A stretch of 64,000 bases of DNA from Pyrinomonadaceae bacterium (lineage in GTDB: Bacteria; Acidobacteriota; Blastocatellia; Pyrinomonadales; Pyrinomonadaceae), in the NCBI GenBank assembly GCA_036388915.1, contig DASVQX010000033.1:4755-68754 (forward strand). Direction: 5' to 3'. The notes under the pieces were generated by a model that saw only the letters and a list, made by a program, of their open reading frames with translations, searched no databases and was not told the origin of the DNA. The position numbers and the translations under genes were made by a program. The first letter of the stretch is position 1; every line of letters begins with the position of its first letter. Shown one piece after another: positions 1 to 7,540 of the stretch.

Positions 1-471
1 GGCCACGTCGATGTTCGTGAAGTCCACGGGCGACTTGGCCGTGTCCCTGAGGGCGCTCGTCGTGTTGGTAATCTGGAAGATGCGGCGCTGCGCGTAGTCG
101 AAGAGGAAGATCTCGTGGTTGCCGTCGGCGTTGTTGCGCGAGGCCGAGCGGTTGGTGGCGATGTCGCCGTTCGACTCGATGACGACGAAGCGGCCGTTGC
201 CGCTGATGTCGCCGGCGAAGGAGTCGCGCGGCAGCGGCAGCGGGGTCGCGCCGGGAGTCGGCGTCGTCGCGGGCGTCGCCGTCGGCGTGGGCGTCGGCGT
301 CCCCGGAATGGTCGTGTTAGTAATCTGGAAAATGGCGGTGTCGGGCGTGGCCGAGGGAGTCGCCGAGGGCGTCTGCGCCAGCGCGGCGGAGCCGCCCCCG
401 GCGGCACCGAAGACGGCGGCGAGCGCGACGACGGCCGCGCACGCGCGCGACAGACGGGTTGCGTGCTTCAC
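1..471 (-). CDS. Secreted repeat protein, N-terminal 157 aa only (3' end lies left of the window)
   Basis: Not in the ORF track because it runs off the edge. Hand translation of the minus-strand frame ending at nt 1 is stop-free from GTG (469-471), with GGAGGA about 7 nt upstream. The product starts VKHATRLSRACAAVVALAAVFGAAGGGSAALAQ (signal-peptide-like). A TPTPTPTATPATTPTP linker follows, then a twice-repeated IFQITNT motif embedded in 'NGDIATN..ADGNHEIFLFD', resembling TolB/PD40-type blades. Confidence 0.55.
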   Translation of the reverse strand, partial: MKHATRLSRACAAVVALAAVFGAAGGGSAALAQTPSATPSATPDTAIFQITNTTIPGTPTPTPTATPATTPTPGATPLPLPRDSFAGDISGNGRFVVIESNGDIATNRSASRNNADGNHEIFLFDYAQRRIFQITNTTSALRDTAKSPVDFTNIDVA

Positions 472-651
472 GAAAAATCCTCCGGACGGGAGCATATGAG
501 ATCGCAGACGAATAAGCCCAAGGGAGACTTTCGGGCGCAGGCCCTAGCGGGCACCTGCGGCGCGGCCCCGGCGGGGCCGCCCCTTAAGGTCGGGCGCGCC
601 GCTGGAGTAAAGAAACCGCATTTTACGCGTAAGCCTCGCGCCCGCGCAACC

Positions 652-737
652 GGCGGAAGGTGGAAGGCGAAAGGACGAAGGATGAAAAAGGCCGTTTTGC
701 CTTTCATTCATCCTTCATCCTTCCGCCCTCATCCTTT
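652..737. repeat. Hairpin element, family B copy 1 (GGATGAA-type heptamer arms)
   Basis: Left arm ggcgaaaggacgaaggatgaa (666-686) pairs with ttcatccttcatccttccgcc (707-727) with few mismatches. It abuts the stop codon of the 741-3785 gene. Confidence 0.7.
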
Positions 738-740
738 GCT

Positions 741-3700
741 TTACTGCCCGAACCTCTGGCGGTACTCGGCCGAGTCGAGGAACGCCTTGACCATCTCGGC
801 GCGGACGGCGTCGCCGTTGAACTCGTTGAGCTTGCCGAGCCAGAAGTTCCAGCCCGCGTAGTTCAAGTCGTGCTCGGGCGCGTCGCTCGGGTTGCGCCTG
901 AGATAGCCGAAGTACTGCATCAGGACGTACGCGCGGTTCTTCTCGCGCGCGTCCAGCTCGGCGCTCTCGGCCACCTTGCGGAGCACCGAGGCGCGACCCG
1001 CGTCGGTGTTGTTGAGCGCAAGCTCCCCCGCCAGCGCATCGACCCGCGCCTGCGGGAGCGCGCCGCCGGTGTTCTGGTTGAGCTTGGCGACGAACTGCGC
1101 CGGCGTCATCGAAGCCGGGAAGGCCGCCGTGAACCGCGTGCGCTGGACGAAGGCCAAGGCGTAGGCCGCCTTGTTCGCGTCGAGCTGCGCCTGCCAGTTG
1201 CCGAAGTTGACGACGACGTTCTGGCTGATGAGCGGCGTGTCCTGCACGAACTCCTGCCGCGTGACGACGGGCACGACCAGCCCCGTCGAAGCCTCGGTGC
1301 GGTCGCCGTAGGCCGACTTGTACATCCGCTCGACGAGGTAGCCCGTGTTCTGGAACTCGATGGAGAGGAAGAACGCCGCCGAGACGTTGATGCGCGCGAC
1401 CTGCCGGCACGGGAGGTCGAGGCCGCACGACTCGATGTTGTTCGTCCAGAAGGCGAGGCCCGAGGCGTCCGGCTCGCGCCCGAGGAAGTCGCGGTAGTGC
1501 TGCGCGACGAAGAAGTCGGAGGCGTCGATGGGGTTGCCCTTCGTGGCGAACACGTCGCCCATGTCGAGCGCCGCCTGGTTGACGAGGAAGAGCAGTCCCG
1601 GCGGGCTGAACGTGTAGCCCGACTTGACGAAGTAGGTGTTGTAGCCCTGACCGATGGGGACGCCCGTGAACGTCCAGCGGCCGTCGGCGCCGGTCGTCGT
1701 CTGCTGGAGCAGCGTCGTGTTGCTGTAGAAGCCGACGAGCACGCCCGACAACCCCGACGAGCCTTCGACGACGCGGCCCGTGACCGAGGCCAGGAGCGGC
1801 GAGGCGGTGAAGGTCACGCCCGTGTGGTTCGCGCCGATGTTGTTGAAGACGGCCGCGGCCGGCGCGAAAGTGTAGCGCGAGTCGTCGTTGCGGACGGTGT
1901 AGTTGCCGCCCGGCGTCAGCAGCGAGAACTGGAAGTTGCCGCCCGCGTCGGTCGTCACCGGCAGGTGCGGGAACGTGTTGACGAGGTTCGGGCCGTCGAT
2001 GGCGACGCGGACGCCCGCCAGCCCGTTGCCGGCCGCGTCCTGCACGCGCCCCGAGACGCTGTAGCTGACCGTGGGCGTCGGAGTCGGCGTGGGCGTCGTG
2101 CCCGACGCGCTCCAGTTGAGCTGGTAGTTGCCGTACTCGCCGTTCCAGCCGTCAACGTCGATGCGGTAGACGGTGCCGGCGGTGACGCTGAGGGTGACGC
2201 GGCTGGCGCCGCCCGTGAGACCCGTCGCGTCGTCGCTCTGCCCGTCGGACAAGAGCACGTTGACGGCCGCGCCGTGGTAGACGCCGAGCGTCGTGTCGTA
2301 GGCGCTGCCCGAGGTGTCGAAGGTGGCGGTGCCCGTGACCGGCGCCGTCCAGTTGAACCAGACCGACTTGTCGCCGGTGTAGCCGGCCTGCGTGCCGGGC
2401 TCGCCCGCCTCGCGCGTGGCGAGGAGGCTGGTGCCCGTGACGGCGCCGGTGGCGCCCGAAATCACACCCGCCGAGGCGAAGTTGTCGTTCGCGGGCCGCG
2501 TCGGGTTGAAGGCGGTCGTGTAGCCGATCAGTTCGAGCGCGCGCACGTCGTTCTCGCTGATGGTGCGGCGCAGGCCGCGCGAGAGCGTCGGGTCCATGAT
2601 GCCGATGTAGGGGCGGTTCGAGAAGAGCTGGTCGTCCTTCCAGTGGCTCGACTGCCGGCCGTCGTCGGTGTCGCTCTGGGGCGGGTTCGGGCCGCCGGTC
2701 GAGACGTTCAACTCCTGCGCGGCGAAGGTGCTGGTGAAGTTGCCGAACATGACCTGCTCGCCGCCCTTCGTCATGATTCGGGGGGCGGAGTCGAAGTTGC
2801 CGGCGTTGGCCGTCCGCGCCTTGAAGCGGAAGAGGTCCCAGATGGAGACGGACGTGACGGTGCTGCCGCCGTTGTTCGAGGTGAAGCCGAGCGCGTGGCC
2901 GATCTCGTGGACGACGACCGCGTCGAAGTCGGTGAAGTTCGTCGTGATGCCGTTCGACGGGTCGAAGTCGAACTGGCCGGTGTTGCTGCCGCTGCCGAAG
3001 TTGGAGTTGAAGCCGATCTGCGCGTCGGTGCTCGCGCCGGAGAGGAAGCCGAGGGCGCGCGCCTGCGCGGTATTGACCCTCACGTTGGAGACCGTCGAGG
3101 CCGCGTCGTTGTACTCGATGGGGAGCGCGGACGAGGGCAGCGCGTTGTAGAGCGCCGTCTCGTTCGAGCCCGAGGCCGTGTTGAGCAGCCGCGTGCGCAC
3201 CTGCGAGAGCGTCGGGTCCTGGCCGCCGCTCTTGATGACGAACGAGCCGGTCTGGCCGAGGATGGTCGTGCTGTCGTATTCGTCGCCGAAGAAGGTCGGG
3301 CCGTAGTCAACGTTGAGCGTGATGGTGATGGGCGTCGAGATGAGCGACTCCCAGCGGTTGGCGGCGAGGATGAAAGCGTTCTTGGCCTCGGGGAACGATT
3401 CGAGCTGCGCCGTGCCGTTGAGCACGATGGTCAGGCCGGCCGAAGCCTGAAGCGCCAGCCCCGACGAGTCCTCGACCGAGTTCTGCATCAGGTACTCGCC
3501 GCCGCCGTCGATGACCTTGCGGCGCGGCGCGCCGTGGTAGATGACGTGCGTGCCCGAGACGTTCCGGATGCGCTCGCGCTCGGCGGGCGTGGCCGGGCGG
3601 CAGACCGTCTCGCCGGCCTCGTTCTGGAAGATGACGAAAGACTCGTCGGCGACGGAGTCGTACGTGGCCGCGTCGGCGTCGCCGCCCGCGGACTGCGCGC

Positions 3701-3785
3701 TGGCGGGCGCCACGAACGCGCCGGCGAACGAGAAGAGGAGCGCCAGAAGCGCGGCGGCGAGGGTCAGTTCTTTACGCAAGTTCAT
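741..3785 (-). CDS. Secreted multidomain zinc metalloprotease (HEIGHALGF-type) with DUF4214-like C-terminal module
   Basis: 1014-aa ORF with signal peptide MNLRKELTLAAALLALLFSFAGAFVAPASA and Zn motif VVHEIGHALGF. It has a PPC-like beta domain (NDNFASA..GEP..YRIDVDGWNG), a TPTPTPTPT linker and two carboxypeptidase-regulatory-like repeats (SGRVQDAAGNGLAGVRV / TGRVVEGSSGLSGVLV). The C-terminal ~265 aa are paralogous to the next gene. Confidence 0.85.
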   Translation of the reverse strand: MNLRKELTLAAALLALLFSFAGAFVAPASAQSAGGDADAATYDSVADESFVIFQNEAGETVCRPATPAERERIRNVSGTHVIYHGAPRRKVIDGGGEYLMQNSVEDSSGLALQASAGLTIVLNGTAQLESFPEAKNAFILAANRWESLISTPITITLNVDYGPTFFGDEYDSTTILGQTGSFVIKSGGQDPTLSQVRTRLLNTASGSNETALYNALPSSALPIEYNDAASTVSNVRVNTAQARALGFLSGASTDAQIGFNSNFGSGSNTGQFDFDPSNGITTNFTDFDAVVVHEIGHALGFTSNNGGSTVTSVSIWDLFRFKARTANAGNFDSAPRIMTKGGEQVMFGNFTSTFAAQELNVSTGGPNPPQSDTDDGRQSSHWKDDQLFSNRPYIGIMDPTLSRGLRRTISENDVRALELIGYTTAFNPTRPANDNFASAGVISGATGAVTGTSLLATREAGEPGTQAGYTGDKSVWFNWTAPVTGTATFDTSGSAYDTTLGVYHGAAVNVLLSDGQSDDATGLTGGASRVTLSVTAGTVYRIDVDGWNGEYGNYQLNWSASGTTPTPTPTPTVSYSVSGRVQDAAGNGLAGVRVAIDGPNLVNTFPHLPVTTDAGGNFQFSLLTPGGNYTVRNDDSRYTFAPAAAVFNNIGANHTGVTFTASPLLASVTGRVVEGSSGLSGVLVGFYSNTTLLQQTTTGADGRWTFTGVPIGQGYNTYFVKSGYTFSPPGLLFLVNQAALDMGDVFATKGNPIDASDFFVAQHYRDFLGREPDASGLAFWTNNIESCGLDLPCRQVARINVSAAFFLSIEFQNTGYLVERMYKSAYGDRTEASTGLVVPVVTRQEFVQDTPLISQNVVVNFGNWQAQLDANKAAYALAFVQRTRFTAAFPASMTPAQFVAKLNQNTGGALPQARVDALAGELALNNTDAGRASVLRKVAESAELDAREKNRAYVLMQYFGYLRRNPSDAPEHDLNYAGWNFWLGKLNEFNGDAVRAEMVKAFLDSAEYRQRFGQ

Positions 3786-4077
3786 AACTCCAGGGCGGCG
3801 AGGGGGCGCGCTCGCTCATGCGCGCCGCAGTTTCGTCCGGGCGGCCGCGCCGGGAAGCGGCGGCCGAAAAGCTTCTGTGCTGTCGTCAGGTGTCGCGGGC
3901 GCTCGAAAGGCTTCGGGGTGGCCCCGGCGGCGGCGGGCGCCGACAATGTTGACAATGCCGCGCCGCAGAAACGCCCGCATTTAGACGCCGGGCGCGGGCT
4001 GCCAGTTGCTTCGCGGGCGCGCTCTGACGGGGGCGAAAATGCCCGGCGGCGGACTAAAAACGTGCGAAAAGCGGGCG

Positions 4078-4126
4078 AAAAAAGACGCGCCCGGCAGCCT
4101 CAAGGGTCGCCGGGCGCGTCTTTTTT
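4078..4126 (-). terminator. Intrinsic terminator downstream of the 4173-7298 gene
   Basis: Perfect 12-bp stem gacgcgcccggc (4084-4095) / gccgggcgcgtc (4109-4120), flanked by A6 (4078-4083) and T6 (4121-4126). On the minus strand the hairpin is followed by a U-run. Confidence 0.75.
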
Positions 4127-4172
4127 GGAGTGTCGGAGGGCTTGCGGCGGCCGGAGCCCGCCGGGCTACCGC

Positions 4173-7100
4173 CTAGTTGCCGAAGCGGTTGATGTACTCG
4201 AACGAGGTCAGGAACGCCTTGACCATCTCGGCGCGGACGGGGTCGCCGTTGGCCTCGTTGAGCTTGTCGAGCCAGAACCTCCAGCCGCCGTAGTTAAGCC
4301 CCGGCTCGGGAGCGTCGTCGGGGTTGCGCCGCAGGTAGCCGAAGTACTGCATCAGCACGAAGGCGCGGTTGAGTTCCGCCTGCCTGAGCGCCGCGTTGTC
4401 GGCCACCTGCCTGAGCACCGAGGCGCGCGCGGCCGAGGCGTCGGCCGACGTGTTGAGCTGCGTGACGAGCGCGTCGCGCTGCGCCGGCGTCAGCACGAAG
4501 CCGGCGTTCTGGTTGAGCTTGTCCACGAACTGCGCCGGCGTCATCGAGAGCGGGTACTCGGTGATGAAGCGCGGGCGCAGGACGAATTCGAGCGCGTACG
4601 CCTGCTTGTTCGCCTCAAGGAACTGCTCCCAGTTGGGCGTGTTGACGACGACGCCGCGGCCGATGCGCTGCGTGTCGGGCAGGAACTCCTGAAGCCGGAT
4701 GACGGGGACGGTGCCCGGCACGCCCGGCGAGGTCGCGTCGCCGTAGGCCGCCTTGTACATGCGGTAGGCGAGGAAGCCCGTCTCCTGAAATTCGATGGAG
4801 AGGAAGAACGCCGCCGAGACGTTAATGCGCTTGACCTCGGCGCAGGCCGCGTTGGCGCCGCACTGGTTGATCTCGTTCACCCAGAACTGGAAGCCCGACG
4901 TGTCCGGCTCGCGCGAGAGGAAGTCGAGGTACTGCTGGCGGACGAAGAAGCCCGCGTTGAAGCTCTCGGCGCGGACGGGGCTGGGTCCCGAGATCACGTC
5001 GTCGCTGGTGATGGTGAGCGTGGCCGTCTGGTTGACGCCGAGCGTCGTGCCCACGGGGTTTGAGAGCGTGACGTTGACCGTCTCGGGCGCCTCCTGGAAC
5101 ACGTCGTCCCCGACGAAGACGGTGAAGGTCTTGCTCGTCTCGCCCGGCCCGAAGACCAGCGTGCCGAGCGCCTGCGTGTAGTCCTTCTGCCTGCTGGCCG
5201 TGCCGTCCGACGTGGCGTAATCGACGGTGGCCGTCCCCGTCGTGTCGCCGGAGCGGTTGACGTTGACGACGCGGAAGCCGGTGCCGTCGATGCCGAGGCC
5301 GTTGCCGCCCGTGCCCTCGTTGACGCTGTAGATCGAGCTTGAGAGCGTGACGGTGTTGGCCGAAGAGTTGTCAACGAAGACCAGCGTGTAGGCGCCGTCG
5401 TCGTTGTTCTCGAACGAGGTGGCGGCGATGGTGTAGACGCCCGTCGAGGGGAGCGTGATGAAGCCCGTGTTGGGGAGGGCCGAGTCCGTGCTGTGCGGGT
5501 TGCTGGTGCGGTCGTCGTTGGCGGTGACGATCGAGCCGTCGGGGCCGAACAGGTAGAGGAAGCAGTCGAGCGCCTCGGGCGGCGGGTCGCCGGCGGTCGT
5601 GTCCGAAGCCCTGACGGCCGCGAGCATCTCGATGCGGACGCGCTGGCCGGCGCGCGCGGTGAAGGTGTAGAGGTCGAGCGGGGCGAGCGGGTGGCCGGGC
5701 TGGCCCGAGCGGCAGTCGGTCGGGGCGAGCGCGCCCGGAATGTTCTGCCCCGGAGAGATTTGCGCGCCGACGCAGTTGGGCGAGGCCGCCTGCCTGACGA
5801 CGACCATCTGGCCGGCCACGTCTATCGTCGCCTGTCGCGGGCCGGAGTTGGTGTTGGGCGCGACGTTGAAGGTGCCGCCGCCGCCGCCCACGCCGCCGCC
5901 GGGCGCGTCGATCCAGTCGGCGCCCTCGGCGACCCCCCACTCGCAGTTGATCTGCGACGTGTTGACGCCGATGAGGCCGGAGCCGCCGCCCGCGCCGAAG
6001 AAGACCGAGGACGGGGTCGTCAGCGTGTAGACGCAGCCGGGCTGGACGAGGCGGGTCAGACAGTCGCCGACCTCCGCGACGTGGTTGGTGATCTGGTCGC
6101 GCGAGTATTGGCAGAACTCCTGCGTGTCCTGCACGAACGAATTCATGATCGAGGGGTTGCAGTTCGAGGGGACGGGGGCTTCCTGGTTGGGGTGGCTCGC
6201 GCCGAAGTTGTGGCCGATTTCGTGGGCGGTGACGGCGACGCGGCGCGCGGCGATGGGGCTGAACTTGCTCTGCGAGATGCCGTAGGAGAAGGCCGGCGCT
6301 TCGCAGACCGCCGAGATGTAGGCGATGCCGATGGTCGAGCCGGTGAAGTCCTTGCCCGTGAACATGTGCGTCAGGTCGCGCGCGGGCGGCGCCTGCCCGA
6401 CGGACGTGAAGCTCTGGTTGTAGACCGTGCGGAACTCGGTGAGCGCGGGGCTGGAGTCGGGCGTCGTGTACGGGTCGCCGGCCACCGTCCACACGCGCTG
6501 GAAGACGATGTGGATGTGGATGCCGAGCTGCGCCTCGTAGATGGCGTCAACCTGCGTGAAGATGTCGATGATGTCGGCGTTGACGGTGGCGGCGGTGGCG
6601 CCCGCGCCGAAGCTGCTGAAGTACTCGAAGTCGGCCTCGGTGGCCATCTCGGTCTCGGGCTTGGGCGCGAACGCCTCCGCGGCCACGGGGTCAGAGGACT
6701 TCGGCGCCGACGTGTTGAGCCGGCCGGCGGCCTCGGCGTTGACCTGCTCGGCCAGCGTCGTGCCGCACTCGCCGCCCGCCGCCTTCACGCTCGACTCGGC
6801 GTAGAAGACGTACTCGCGCGCGCCCGCGTCGGCCGAGAGGCCGCGCGCAGGCTCGACGAAGAAGGTCTCCGAGGGCGTGACGATGATGCCCGCGAACTTC
6901 GCGCCGTCGAGGACGAGGCGGACGTGCGTGTCTTCCTGCCCGCTCACCTTGCCGCGCCAGGAGCGCGAGGGCGTGCGCGAAAGCTCGGTCATCGCGCCGC
7001 CCTGGCCCGCAGCCACCGCGCGGTAGTCGTCCGAGCGGATGTCGTACGGCTCGACTTCGAGGTCGAAGGTGCCCTGCGAGGTCTGGAGCGTGACGCGCCC

Positions 7101-7298
7101 CGTCGAGCGCGCGCCCTTGAGCAGCTCGGTCGGGTCGAGCGTGAGGCGGTCGAAGCTCTCAAGGACTTGCGCGATGTCCTGCACGGCGCGCCGCCCGTTC
7201 TGGCCCGAGGCGGCGGGCGAGACGAGCATCGCGGCGGCGAGCAGACAGAGGGCGAGCGCGGGGATGACGGCGCGAGGGAACGAACGTCGATTCATCAT
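4173..7298 (-). CDS. Secreted multidomain reprolysin/M12B-like zinc metalloprotease with Calx-beta and DUF4214-like C-terminal module
   Basis: 1041-aa ORF with signal peptide MMNRRSFPRAVIPALALCLLAAAMLVSPAASG and Zn motif TAHEIGHNFGASHPN. It has a Cys-containing beta domain (GCVYTLTT..ATIDVAGQMVVVRQ) and a PPC-like domain (LDLYTFTARAGQRVRIEM..FLYLFGPDGS). A Calx-beta-like segment is present (ATVDYATSDGTASRQKDYTQALGTLVFGPGETSKTFTVFV). The C-terminal module is shared with the 741-3785 gene. Confidence 0.85.
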   Translation of the reverse strand: MMNRRSFPRAVIPALALCLLAAAMLVSPAASGQNGRRAVQDIAQVLESFDRLTLDPTELLKGARSTGRVTLQTSQGTFDLEVEPYDIRSDDYRAVAAGQGGAMTELSRTPSRSWRGKVSGQEDTHVRLVLDGAKFAGIIVTPSETFFVEPARGLSADAGAREYVFYAESSVKAAGGECGTTLAEQVNAEAAGRLNTSAPKSSDPVAAEAFAPKPETEMATEADFEYFSSFGAGATAATVNADIIDIFTQVDAIYEAQLGIHIHIVFQRVWTVAGDPYTTPDSSPALTEFRTVYNQSFTSVGQAPPARDLTHMFTGKDFTGSTIGIAYISAVCEAPAFSYGISQSKFSPIAARRVAVTAHEIGHNFGASHPNQEAPVPSNCNPSIMNSFVQDTQEFCQYSRDQITNHVAEVGDCLTRLVQPGCVYTLTTPSSVFFGAGGGSGLIGVNTSQINCEWGVAEGADWIDAPGGGVGGGGGTFNVAPNTNSGPRQATIDVAGQMVVVRQAASPNCVGAQISPGQNIPGALAPTDCRSGQPGHPLAPLDLYTFTARAGQRVRIEMLAAVRASDTTAGDPPPEALDCFLYLFGPDGSIVTANDDRTSNPHSTDSALPNTGFITLPSTGVYTIAATSFENNDDGAYTLVFVDNSSANTVTLSSSIYSVNEGTGGNGLGIDGTGFRVVNVNRSGDTTGTATVDYATSDGTASRQKDYTQALGTLVFGPGETSKTFTVFVGDDVFQEAPETVNVTLSNPVGTTLGVNQTATLTITSDDVISGPSPVRAESFNAGFFVRQQYLDFLSREPDTSGFQFWVNEINQCGANAACAEVKRINVSAAFFLSIEFQETGFLAYRMYKAAYGDATSPGVPGTVPVIRLQEFLPDTQRIGRGVVVNTPNWEQFLEANKQAYALEFVLRPRFITEYPLSMTPAQFVDKLNQNAGFVLTPAQRDALVTQLNTSADASAARASVLRQVADNAALRQAELNRAFVLMQYFGYLRRNPDDAPEPGLNYGGWRFWLDKLNEANGDPVRAEMVKAFLTSFEYINRFGN

Positions 7299-7388
7299 TG
7301 ACCTCTTGGGCGCGGGGAGTCGCGGAACCGTTTTATTAACCTTTTGGACTTCAGAGGCGGGTTAACGCTCTGGTGAAGCGGACGCTGG

Positions 7389-7397
7389 ATTTTAGCA
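7389..7397 (-). promoter_or_regulatory. Candidate extended -10 promoter element (TGCTAAAAT) for the 4173-7298 gene
   Basis: The minus strand reads TGcTAAAAT about 90 nt upstream of the ATG at 7298. The same TGCTAnAAT form recurs at 47301-47309. The -35 is weak. Confidence 0.3.
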
Positions 7398-7430
7398 CAA
7401 GGGAAATCCGAACCGCGAGCGTGGGAAGAG

Positions 7431-7533
7431 CAGTAGACAGTAGCCAGTTGTCAGTAGGGCTTCCGCCCGGCGGAGGTTGACTCTTTCTCGGCGGCCGGCG
7501 CCGGGCCGAGGGTTTCTACTGACTACTGTCTAC
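7431..7533. repeat. Hairpin element, family A copy 1 (CAGTAGA-type heptamer arms)
   Basis: cagtagacagtagccagttgtcagtag ... ctactgactactgtctac, with the conserved core ggcttccgcccggcggaggttgac between the arms. It lies directly 3' of the lptD stop (7541). Confidence 0.7.
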
Positions 7534-7540
7534 GGCCCAC

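Noticed and set aside
3942-3957. Direct repeat GACAATG-N2-GACAATG upstream of the first protease gene as a regulator binding site
   Set aside because: It is a single short repeat with no second occurrence seen upstream of the paralogous protease. It cannot be distinguished from chance.
660-5063. 1467-aa plus-strand ORF spanning both protease genes
   Set aside because: It is extremely Arg/Ala/Gly/Val/Asp-rich with no recognisable motifs. It lies antisense to two ORFs with clear signal peptides and HEXXH motifs. This is the typical shadow ORF of a high-GC genome.
741-7298. Dockerin modules in the proteases that would match the secretin's cohesin-like domain
   Set aside because: No paired Ca-binding DxNxDG-type dockerin repeats are seen in either protease. 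A cohesin-dockerin link is therefore not supported by sequence.
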